A stretch of 57,019 nucleotides of DNA from Thermoplasmatota archaeon (GTDB lineage Archaea > Thermoplasmatota > Penumbrarchaeia > Penumbrarchaeales > Penumbrarchaeaceae): positions 1 to 57,019 of the forward strand of contig CBDDUX010000047.1 of assembly GCA_965234725.1 (NCBI GenBank), written 5' to 3'. Made by a program: the position numbers and the translations under genes. Shown one piece after another: positions 37,928-48,864 of the stretch. The notes under the pieces are model-generated. The model saw nothing but the letters and a program-made list of their open reading frames with translations. It ran no database searches and was not told the DNA's origin. The stretch's first letter is position 1; each line of letters starts with the position of its first letter.

Positions 37928-38497
37928 TCAATTCTTTTTGAAGATCAATGTATAATGGGATCTCTTTTCGAATTTTTCAATGAGAATGAAATCATTTTTT
38001 AAGAAGATCGTTCTCAATTCCTCAACTGTCATCAGATCAGGATCTCCTGCCTGTTCGGAAATGGATACGATCCCTCCATCTTTCAGGATCCGTCTGAATT
38101 CAGTTAGATATAGGTCCTTGTTCTCCACCTCTCCAAGGACCGTTACAAGGAAGATGATATCGAATTTCTTATCAGGGAAAGGGAATTGTTCTCCATCGCT
38201 TTTCACGAATTCAACATTGTTGATCCCTTTTCTCTTCAATCTCTTCTCAGCTTTATCCAGCATTTCGCGCTGGATGTCGAAAAGGACGAGTTTCCCTTCA
38301 GGGACTGCTTTTGCAACCTCAATGCTGAAGAATCCCGGTCCTGGTCCAACTTCCAGAATGATGGAATCGGCTTTCGGCTTGATCTGTTTGAGGAGTTTCT
38401 TAGGTGAAAGTATGAGTTTCCGGAATGGTAGAAGCAAGGTGAATGCATACCTGGAAGGAAAGACTCCTTTTCCCGAGAAGCTCCTTTCATCTCCCAC
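37928..38497 (-). CDS. class I SAM-dependent methyltransferase
   Basis: ILEVGPGPGFF, DIQREML, RRILKDGG. Confidence 0.92.
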   Translation of the reverse strand: MGDERSFSGKGVFPSRYAFTLLLPFRKLILSPKKLLKQIKPKADSIILEVGPGPGFFSIEVAKAVPEGKLVLFDIQREMLDKAEKRLKRKGINNVEFVKSDGEQFPFPDKKFDIIFLVTVLGEVENKDLYLTEFRRILKDGGIVSISEQAGDPDLMTVEELRTIFLKNDFILIEKFEKRSHYTLIFKKN

Positions 38498-38509
38498 CTT
38501 ATTACCGTC

Positions 38510-39214
38510 CTATTTTCGAATTGCGGAAATGCAAACCGTGTTGAAGTATCTCCCGCTTTCTGTCTTCATCATATCGATGTCCTGTTTTGCGTGTTCGTTG
38601 TCGCAATCAAGCCAGTCTTCCCAGGCAATCTTGTGGCATGACAGTTCCTTACACTTGATATTCTGAACAATGTCAGATCTGGTCCATAGGTCCTTCCACC
38701 AAGAACACGTGTGGAAATTGTATTCTTCCTTGTAGTAGGGTTTCATCTCAAAAGGGACATTACCGTCGAATTCCTTTTGGAGGCCGGGTATCCCGATCGA
38801 GATCTGTCCTCCCTTCTTTAAAAGAGGTGACAGATGCTTGTCAAGATAACCCTCCTCATAGCCGTAGTAGTGGTATGAATCCACACTTATTATCATATCG
38901 AAGAATTCTTCCGCAAATGGTAGTTCGTGTGCCTCCGCATGAATGGGTATTATGAGGTTTTCAAGTCCAAATTCCTTGAACCTCTGGAAGTTCTCGGTAG
39001 CACTAATCCAGAGATCAACAGCATATACGGTCACATTGAATTTCTTCGCAAGAAAGATCGAGGTCAAACCTTTTCCACAACCGAGGTCCAGAACCCTCAT
39101 GCCTTCTTTGAGATGCAGGTCCCTCACCATTTCCTCGATGATCCTTATCGAATTTGGTCCCATCATGTTCTTTTTCATGAATTCGTTATCGAATTCGAGG
39201 TCTTTCAACTTCAT
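38510..39214 (-). CDS. class I SAM-dependent methyltransferase
   Basis: MMGPN, VLDLGCGKGLTSIFLAK, DLWIS, SVDSYHYYG. Confidence 0.93.
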   Translation of the reverse strand: MKLKDLEFDNEFMKKNMMGPNSIRIIEEMVRDLHLKEGMRVLDLGCGKGLTSIFLAKKFNVTVYAVDLWISATENFQRFKEFGLENLIIPIHAEAHELPFAEEFFDMIISVDSYHYYGYEEGYLDKHLSPLLKKGGQISIGIPGLQKEFDGNVPFEMKPYYKEEYNFHTCSWWKDLWTRSDIVQNIKCKELSCHKIAWEDWLDCDNEHAKQDIDMMKTESGRYFNTVCISAIRK

Positions 39215-39219
39215 TTTGT

Positions 39220-40095
39220 TTACAACCTTTGTTTGTTGAAATCATCCGCATTTGATTTTGCAACGATTGCGAATTCATAACTTCCCGCATCAAATTCGTT
39301 ACCTGCCACATCAGAAAATATTTCCGTTATCTCAAGTCCATAGTTACGGAATTCCTCTTTCAATCTTTCCGGGGAAAAATACTGCAACCAGTTGTATATG
39401 GTTTTTGTTCTTTCAGGTCCAATAATCGTATATTTGTCAAGAATGACCTTCTCATCATTGTATTTGAAGATATTCAGGAATCCATGGTAATCATCCTTCG
39501 ACCAGAAACCGTTGAGAAGGTTCTTCTCGTATGTGGAGGATTCTTCCCTCATTTCAAAGGCCGGAATTGAATAGACATCGAGAAGAATGGATCCTCCAGG
39601 TTTTAGCAAACTTCTGAATTTCTTCAGAAGTTGCTTTCTCTGATCCGGTGCCAGAGCACAGAGGTCACACATGATCATTATTATAAGATCAAATCTTTGA
39701 TCCGTATCGAAATCGAAATAGTTCTTGTGGAAGTATTCTATTGAAAGACCTTCGTCTTCTGCGGTCCTTCTCGCGTATTCGATAGATCTCTTCGAGAAAT
39801 CTATGCCAGTGACATCTGCTCCTTTCTTCGCGAGTCTTGCCGTATACAATCCTGGTCCGCACCCGAAATCAATTATCTTCGAACCATTATCTATTTTGAA
39901 ATGGGAAACGATCCATTCGACTGATGGCCCTATGAATGATCCCCTTCTCGATGACACATCGATATTCTCGTTCAGATGATATTTCAGCATCTGTTCGGAT
40001 GTGTGTTCATCGGTCCAGAGTTGATCTGCGGTATAGAATTCGAATGGTTCCGGTCTGGATCTCATCTTTTCCAATTCTTTGAACATATTGACCAA
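39220..40095 (-). CDS. class I SAM-dependent methyltransferase
   Basis: IIDFGCGPGLY, GIDFSKRSIEYA, LKPGG.ILLDV. Confidence 0.93.
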   Translation of the reverse strand: MVNMFKELEKMRSRPEPFEFYTADQLWTDEHTSEQMLKYHLNENIDVSSRRGSFIGPSVEWIVSHFKIDNGSKIIDFGCGPGLYTARLAKKGADVTGIDFSKRSIEYARRTAEDEGLSIEYFHKNYFDFDTDQRFDLIIMIMCDLCALAPDQRKQLLKKFRSLLKPGGSILLDVYSIPAFEMREESSTYEKNLLNGFWSKDDYHGFLNIFKYNDEKVILDKYTIIGPERTKTIYNWLQYFSPERLKEEFRNYGLEITEIFSDVAGNEFDAGSYEFAIVAKSNADDFNKQRL

Positions 40096-40107
40096 TTCCG
40101 TATCATT

Positions 40108-40605
40108 CTATTTATCCATATTCAATTCCTCGAAGAATCCCGTTTTCCTGTTCTTTCTCACATTATCCCAGTCGAAGCAACGTCCGTTCATAGCGATATA
40201 TATCCCTGGGGGCATTGATTGAGCATAGGCCAAAGCACTTCCGAGGTTGAAGAGTCCGTCAGAAGAACCGAAGGTATACGGGATCATTGCTCCGGTAATG
40301 ACAATGGTCTTGTCCTTGATCGAACCTGCAAGTTTTCCTGCTGTTTCGACCATAGTGTCCGTTCCATGTGTGACAAGGATCCTGTTCTCTGGAGTCTTCT
40401 GGCAGTTGTGGACTATGATCTGACGGTCCTCGTCTGTCAGGCTGAGGCTGTCCACCATCATGAGGGTCCTGATGTCGACATCGAGGTTGCACCTTCCAAG
40501 TTGAAGCATCTCTTTGAAATGAGTATCCTTAAAGTAGAGTTGACCTGTGATGTAATTGTATTCCTTATCGAAGGTCCCTCCGGTGATGAAGATCTTGATT
40601 GCCAT
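40108..40605 (-). CDS. short asparaginase-domain protein
   Basis: TGGTFDK, THGTDTM, TGAMIP, SDGLFNLG. Confidence 0.9.
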   Translation of the reverse strand: MAIKIFITGGTFDKEYNYITGQLYFKDTHFKEMLQLGRCNLDVDIRTLMMVDSLSLTDEDRQIIVHNCQKTPENRILVTHGTDTMVETAGKLAGSIKDKTIVITGAMIPYTFGSSDGLFNLGSALAYAQSMPPGIYIAMNGRCFDWDNVRKNRKTGFFEELNMDK

Positions 40606-40639
40606 GAGGACCTCGTGAAAAGGGAGGATTAGATAAAGA

Positions 40640-40795
40640 TTCCCATAGAACCCTCATCTCCTTTACGAGTTCATCCGGTCTTTCCTCTGCGATGAAATGT
40701 CCTGCATCCTTGAACCTTACGACCTTTGCATTCGGGAATGCTTCGATCCATTTATTGAGATATTTATTCATGAGATCTTAGTCCTTCATTCCCTA
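40640..40795 (-). pseudogene. 3' relic of an alpha/beta hydrolase (haloalkane dehalogenase-like)
   Basis: Frame reads *GMKD*DLMNKYLNKWIEAFPNAKVVRFKDAGHFIAEERP, with TAG where WGMKD would have TGG; no N-terminal part. Confidence 0.7.
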
Positions 40796-40813
40796 GGTAT
40801 CGTCAGAGAGAAG

Positions 40814-41002
40814 TCAACTTTTTCCATATCTCCTCTTTGCAGCTCCTGTGGGGAAGAGCCTTGCGAACCTTTCCTGCTGCCAACTGAGGAATCTATTGAT
40901 GCATTTCGAGCAAATAGCCACTGATCTTGAATCCTCCAACGTCATTTCATTCAGAACGGGATCGTAGTTTGTTATTTCCTCTTTGCATATAGTACATTCC
41001 AT
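40814..41002 (-). CDS. small zinc-finger-like protein
   Basis: CTIC...CSKC; GGTG upstream. Confidence 0.7.
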   Translation of the reverse strand: MECTICKEEITNYDPVLNEMTLEDSRSVAICSKCINRFLSWQQERFARLFPTGAAKRRYGKS

Positions 41003-41038
41003 GTATTCACCATCATACCAAACTGTCTTCTATGAGAT

Positions 41039-41218
41039 TTAAAACTGGAGTTTAACGGGTTTGCATAAATTCTTCTTGCTGTTTGCCACCCTTCCACATT
41101 TCGTACAGAGGTAATTGGGTTCGTTTACAAGAGCCATATAAACTTCCTGGTCCTCATCCAGGAGCTTCTTCCTGAGCTTGCACAAAGACCCTTTGCATGA
41201 ACTCTTCTTGTCAGGCAT
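41039..41218 (-). CDS. 59-aa Cys-rich small protein (absent from the ORF track)
   Basis: MPDKKSSCKGSLCKLRKKLLDEDQEVYMALVNEPNYLCTKCGRVANSKKNLCKPVKLQF; CxxCGRxA...LCxP pattern. Confidence 0.72.
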   Translation of the reverse strand: MPDKKSSCKGSLCKLRKKLLDEDQEVYMALVNEPNYLCTKCGRVANSKKNLCKPVKLQF

Positions 41219-41287
41219 TTAAACCAATATCCATTCCATCCTGATTGAGGACATAAAGATTGTGCCGTATTTATGGAAACGCCCTCA

Positions 41288-41728
41288 TTATCCTGAGACC
41301 GATGACCCGGATCCTGATCTCCTCCAGTATGCGAGATACAACAATCCTGGCATCATCATTATCAGGGAAATGATCAGAGGACCGATGAATGACATCTTGA
41401 GGGATATGGTGTCCTGAAATGGTAAAAGAATGAGGAATATCAATTGAAAAGCAACTGCCAGACCTCCTCCGATAGCTTCTGATCTCCACGCTATTGCCAA
41501 TCCAATTGAACTAAGTAGAATCAGGACTGGACCCGAATATTCAATCAAAGCTATGTCATCTTCCGCATTGGGGTCCGCTTCACCGGAAGTGATGAGATTA
41601 TATATCATTCCAATGACAAAGAGGAGAACAAATGCAACAATCAAGGACCCCCATATTCTGGCTGTCAAGCGGATCCAGAATAATTTCCTTCCAGATATCC
41701 TTCCATCTTCTGTCAAGGTCCTCATCAT
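41288..41728 (-). CDS. four-TM membrane protein
   Basis: Four hydrophobic helices, GLAIAWRSEAIGG motif. Confidence 0.75.
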   Translation of the reverse strand: MMRTLTEDGRISGRKLFWIRLTARIWGSLIVAFVLLFVIGMIYNLITSGEADPNAEDDIALIEYSGPVLILLSSIGLAIAWRSEAIGGGLAVAFQLIFLILLPFQDTISLKMSFIGPLIISLIMMMPGLLYLAYWRRSGSGSSVSG

Positions 41729-41834
41729 CCATCATACTTCTATAATGGGGATGGATATGTTTCGGAGTTCAAAATAATTCCTATGGGGATCAATTGAATT
41801 CTTTGAGATCCTTTTCTCGACTATTTATTCGTTT

Positions 41835-42359
41835 TTAAAGGATCGAATGAACAGCTTCTATCAGATCATTGATGGGCTGGTCGATCTTTCCCCGATTGCG
41901 CAGAAGTTCCTTTATAATCTCATTCTCCCTGGAATCGGGCCTCCTGGCCTTATCCAACCTTATGAGGTCAACGACATCAAGGGGTTTGGATCTGGAAACG
42001 TGATATGTCACTTTGGCTATGTTGAACGGATCGCTCATGTAATCTAGGACATCCTCGAGGTTACAGAGGTTTGATACGGAATGAAGATCGGGATCCAGAT
42101 CGAGCTTCATGATCCGATCGTGGAGTTCACGATAGAGGTCCCTCCCTTTCTCGGTGGGGATATGGCCGCATATCCCTGCCATCCGGTCCTTCTCAAGAAG
42201 TTCTTCTTCCCTCATATGGGCCAATTTTTTATTCAGAGTATCGACTCTAATATTCAACGCCTTTGATAGATGACCCTTGTTGATCGCTGGGATCATTTTC
42301 TTCCTTCCGCGAAAGTACCCTATGCAGAAAAGAATTAACTCGTTCGATCCTGTTTTCAT
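41835..42359 (-). CDS. winged-HTH protein, possibly a truncated N-terminus of a larger regulator
   Basis: HLSKALNIRVDTLNKKLAHMREEELL...PTEKG wHTH pattern. Confidence 0.55.
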   Translation of the reverse strand: MKTGSNELILFCIGYFRGRKKMIPAINKGHLSKALNIRVDTLNKKLAHMREEELLEKDRMAGICGHIPTEKGRDLYRELHDRIMKLDLDPDLHSVSNLCNLEDVLDYMSDPFNIAKVTYHVSRSKPLDVVDLIRLDKARRPDSRENEIIKELLRNRGKIDQPINDLIEAVHSIL

Positions 42360-42762
42360 CTATCAGCCCATAATGTCCATTATTCTAAGTACATATATTA
42401 TTATCGTCCATTTGGTTTTTCAACCACATAAATAATGCATTCAATACTTTCGGATTATCGTTCCCTAATGGAGCTGTACCGAAATTCAGGGGATCTCTCC
42501 GACGGATAGAATGGATGGACTTTCTATCATTATTTTCGTGTATTCTGATCTCATTGCCTTGGAAATTTTCCCGCTCTTGATCATTAGTGCGACCCATTCC
42601 ACTGTTCTGGATCCAATGCTCCATATTGACGAGAACTTAGCACTTTGAATTCCTTTTAATGGAATAAAGTAGTGACACTTGAGCATAATCATCACATATA
42701 CATATATACTACTTCCATTTAGGACCCTTTGTCAATAAAATTGACATAAGAAAGGAATTATC

Positions 42763-44064
42763 ATGGATTTTGAATCATTCAACTTACATTCCAGTATTTT
42801 AAAGAGGGTCAAAGACCTTGGATATCGAATACCAACTCCAATTCAGGAAGAGGCAATACCATACATTATGCAGGGAGAGGACCTACTTGGTCTGGCGCAA
42901 ACAGGCACTGGGAAAACAGCTGCCTTTGTCTTACCGATCCTGCAACATCTCAGAACAGGGTCTTTGGGAAAACTTCGTGCTTTGATCATTGCCCCAACGA
43001 GAGAATTGGCAGAACAGATCAATGACTCGATCAATGCTCTGGGAAGTCAAACAAGACTTCGAAGTATGACAATTTATGGCGGGGTCAGTGCAAATAACCA
43101 ATTGAAAGGATTGAGGTCAGGTGTGGAGATCGTTGTCGCCTGTCCGGGAAGATTGCTTGACCACTTGAAAAGCGGGAATATCGACCTTTCCAAGATCGAT
43201 ATACTCGTTATTGATGAAGCCGATAGGATGTTCGATATGGGCTTCCTGCCAGATATTCGAAGGATCATGAAATATGTTCCAAGGAAAAGGCAAACACTGC
43301 TATTTTCTGCAACAATGCCTCAAGATATTCGGCGATTGGTAAATGATTTCATGTATCAGCCGGTAACGGTCACGATCGATCATACCAGCCCCATAGATAC
43401 GGTATCCCATGCTCTATATCCTGTTCAAGGACATCTGAAGACAGATATGCTTATAGATTTATTGAGCAAAACAGATACAGGATCCGTCCTGGTATTTACT
43501 CGTACAAAGCATCGGGCAAAGCGTCTCGGGATCCATCTGGATAAGATAGGATACAAGGCTGCATCGCTGCAGGGCAATATGTCGCAGAACCAGAGACAGA
43601 ATGCCCTGAATGGTTTCAGGGATGGGACCTATCAGATCCTTATAGCCACTGATATTGCAGCCCGCGGAATAGATGTTTCCTCCATCTCTCATGTTATCAA
43701 CTATGATATACCGGATACACCGGATGCATACACTCATAGGATAGGGAGGACCGGAAGAGCCCTAAAAACAGGCGATGCTTTCACAATGGTAACGGATGAG
43801 GATGAACAGATAGTCCGTTCGATCGAGAGATCACTGGGTTCAAAGATCGAACGCCGCACCATTGATGATTTTGATTATAATAGATCTCTTCCAAAAAGAT
43901 CTGACCATTTTGGAAGATCAAGAGCATATTCAAGGGATCGAAACGGACAAAATAGGAGGAATTCGGGTACTCAAATCAAAAGGGAACCGGAAACTCACCG
44001 CATAAAAAGATTTTCTGATGGACCAGGCTCTCTCAGATACAGGGAGTTTTCAAGGGATCGATAA
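42763..44064 (+). CDS. DEAD-box RNA helicase (RhlE-like)
   Basis: PTPIQ, AQTGTGKT, PTRELA, DEAD, SAT, ARGID, HRIGRTGR. Confidence 0.97.
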   Translation: MDFESFNLHSSILKRVKDLGYRIPTPIQEEAIPYIMQGEDLLGLAQTGTGKTAAFVLPILQHLRTGSLGKLRALIIAPTRELAEQINDSINALGSQTRLRSMTIYGGVSANNQLKGLRSGVEIVVACPGRLLDHLKSGNIDLSKIDILVIDEADRMFDMGFLPDIRRIMKYVPRKRQTLLFSATMPQDIRRLVNDFMYQPVTVTIDHTSPIDTVSHALYPVQGHLKTDMLIDLLSKTDTGSVLVFTRTKHRAKRLGIHLDKIGYKAASLQGNMSQNQRQNALNGFRDGTYQILIATDIAARGIDVSSISHVINYDIPDTPDAYTHRIGRTGRALKTGDAFTMVTDEDEQIVRSIERSLGSKIERRTIDDFDYNRSLPKRSDHFGRSRAYSRDRNGQNRRNSGTQIKREPETHRIKRFSDGPGSLRYREFSRDR

Positions 44065-44197
44065 AAACGATCCAACTTAGATGTTCCTGATGATCATAAG
44101 ATACAATCCCCTTTCCAGAACTACCGGAATGCTCTGTCAAGTCCCCTTACCGTACTCATTAATATGAGTTATCCATCATTGGAACCTGGCCGGTAAA

Positions 44198-44452
44198 ATG
44201 AAGACCAAGCGAAATTGGGAAATGATCCCGGAAGAGAAAAAAGAAAAGATCATCAGGGACCTCATTTTCTTCTTTGAGGAGGAGAGGGACGAGAGGATCG
44301 GTATGATCGGGGCTGAAAGTATCTTGGATTTCTTCCTCCACACTATCGGTATCGAGATCTACAACCAGGGTGTCGAGGATTCCATCACCTTCATCAGAAC
44401 TAGGTTCCAGGAAATGGAATTGGACATGGGATCCATATTATTGAAGAAATAA
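44198..44452 (+). CDS. DUF2164 family protein
   Basis: FFEEERDERIG.IGAE.ILDFF...IG..IYNQGVED. Confidence 0.85.
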   Translation: MKTKRNWEMIPEEKKEKIIRDLIFFFEEERDERIGMIGAESILDFFLHTIGIEIYNQGVEDSITFIRTRFQEMELDMGSILLKK

Positions 44453-44617
44453 CATGAATCGCAATTATCTCATTTTTTACAATTTTTCAATTAAGGTAAT
44501 GTTCAAGGTCTACCCTATTATATGATCCAATGAAAGGGCAGTGTCAATGAGGAAGGTCTCAATTTTCGGACGATCCCTATCTCAAAGCCTGAACAATACA
44601 TGTCTAAGGACCTATTT

Positions 44618-46960
<2,343 letters not shown>

Positions 46961-47163
46961 TTAGTGAGGCGAGGAGAACAGCAACGATGAGTTGACAAGC
47001 AACCCGTTGAATATTGAACCACGATTCTAAGTATGTTTGTATATGTTATCATGATGATCAAAGTGTGAGAGCTATATTAAAAATGAGATCAATGATAGTA
47101 CAGGTGTTTCGGAGTTCAATTTTCTGGATAAACAATTATATCAAAGGATATCATGGAAAGAAT

Positions 47164-47478
47164 ATGGTCGAAGAGGAGTTCGCAACCGGTGTTGTACACG
47201 AAGTTCCGGATGATCTGAGAAAGGTCCTTTTATCCTCACAATCGGTTCGGGATTCATGGAATGACCTTACACCGCTTGCTCGCAACGAGTGGATATGTTG
47301 GGTAATCTCTGTCAAGAAAGAGGAGACAAGGAAAAATCATATTGAGAGGGTTAAAGAAGATCTCCTAAAAGGAAAACGTCGGCCTTGTTGTTGGGCAGGA
47401 TGCCCTCATCGTGAAAAGGGCCGGGATGAAGAAATGGTTCACGAAAACAGAATATTCATTCTGAATGGGAAGAGATAG
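47164..47478 (+). CDS. YdeI/OmpD-associated (OmdA) family protein
   Basis: VPDDLRKVL...WNDLTPLARNEWICWV...GKRRPCCWAGCPHR. Confidence 0.85.
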   Translation: MVEEEFATGVVHEVPDDLRKVLLSSQSVRDSWNDLTPLARNEWICWVISVKKEETRKNHIERVKEDLLKGKRRPCCWAGCPHREKGRDEEMVHENRIFILNGKR

Positions 47479-47497
47479 ATCAATTACGGTTATTCGA

Positions 47498-48316
47498 TCA
47501 TTTCCTGATGAAGGTCCCTTCCCTTAATTCTCTGAAAGCGGTATCAAGTTCTTCATCGGTATTCATAACGATAGGTCCTCCCCAGGCTATAGGTTCATTC
47601 AATGGGTCACCCGCAACGAAGATGAATTTCCCCTTTCCTATGATCTGGACTTCCCCCTTCTCTTCAAGTAGGGTGCAGTGTCCGGAATCCACCGCCTTAT
47701 CACCAATATAGATGGATCCTTCATAGACGAAGATGAAACAGGTTCTCTTGTTGGTTGAGTGATCGAAGGTCCCATCCAGATGGACATCGAAATAATCGAC
47801 ATCAATGAAAAGGTCCTTTACCGGTCCTCTCACTCGATCATAGGACCCTGCGATCACCTTGACAGCTCCTCCATCGAATTCAACAGATTCGAGATCATCC
47901 TTTGTCAATCCCATGTATCGGGGTCCTGTCATCTTCTTGTTCCTGGGGAGATTGACCCATAACTGAAAACCCATGGTTTCTTCCTTTGATTCAATTGGCA
48001 TCTCCTGGTGGATTATTCCGGAACCAGCGGTCATCCATTGGACATCACCTGATCTTATCACTCCGCTGTTTCCTATATTATCACCATGTTCCACCTCGCC
48101 TCTGATCATGTAAGTTACTGTCTCTATTCCACGATGGGGATGCCAGGGAAATCCTTTCATGTAATCTGCAGGATCATCAGAACCGAAATGGTCCAGAAGT
48201 AGGAACGGGTCGAAAGAAGGGACCTGATGGAAACCAAATACCCTTTTCAATCTTACACCGGCACCTTCCATGGTCTGTCTGCTCTCTATAATTGATCTTA
48301 TCTTTCTCATGATCAT
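47498..48316 (-). CDS. pirin family protein
   Basis: DPFLLLDHF, HPHRGIETVTY, WMTAGSGIIHQE, QLWVNLP, GPIVMNT. Confidence 0.95.
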   Translation of the reverse strand: MIMRKIRSIIESRQTMEGAGVRLKRVFGFHQVPSFDPFLLLDHFGSDDPADYMKGFPWHPHRGIETVTYMIRGEVEHGDNIGNSGVIRSGDVQWMTAGSGIIHQEMPIESKEETMGFQLWVNLPRNKKMTGPRYMGLTKDDLESVEFDGGAVKVIAGSYDRVRGPVKDLFIDVDYFDVHLDGTFDHSTNKRTCFIFVYEGSIYIGDKAVDSGHCTLLEEKGEVQIIGKGKFIFVAGDPLNEPIAWGGPIVMNTDEELDTAFRELREGTFIRK

Positions 48317-48357
48317 TCCTCGTTAATTGTTCCTTTGATATGAGCGATATCTCAATC

Positions 48358-48684
48358 CTATCTCGAATTCCATTTCATCTTCATGTACACATTTCCCTTT
48401 TCCATTTCATAGAGCATCTGCTGAAGCCGTTTTCGCTTTGTCTCATCCATTTTTGCTCTGTTGATCCAACCGATGTAATCGTTCTGTTGATATGGTGGTC
48501 GGTTCTTGTATTCACCCATTAGATCTCTTCCGTTCAGTGCTTTTTCCACGAAATCGGGCATGGGATGGATCGGACGTTTCAGATCTGAAAGGTCCTTGTT
48601 CATGATCCATGGATGTTTTTCAATTGATATCACCTTTGTGAGATAGTTTTTAACATCGAGCAGGACCCCTTCCACCTTGTCCAT
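48358..48684 (-). CDS. YdeI/OmpD-associated (OmdA) family protein
   Basis: MPDFV..AL...RPPYQQNDYIGWINRAK...RLQQML.E. Confidence 0.82.
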   Translation of the reverse strand: MDKVEGVLLDVKNYLTKVISIEKHPWIMNKDLSDLKRPIHPMPDFVEKALNGRDLMGEYKNRPPYQQNDYIGWINRAKMDETKRKRLQQMLYEMEKGNVYMKMKWNSR

Positions 48685-48864
48685 TAGATCTCCAATGGAA
48701 ATGATATGAAGAACTATGTTTGTTCATATGGGGGCAGGAAGTTCCAGGTATCAGCACATTTGAATTCAGTCTCGTCAATTCATGATCTTATGATTGGCCT
48801 GACCAGACACATTCCGGGATATTGCCTCCCGTTATATGCTTGGCCAGTCCAATTGAATATTGCT

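Noticed and set aside
42385-42695. Short overlapping - strand ORFs
   Set aside because: No recognisable motifs; possibly decayed sequence, but cannot be supported
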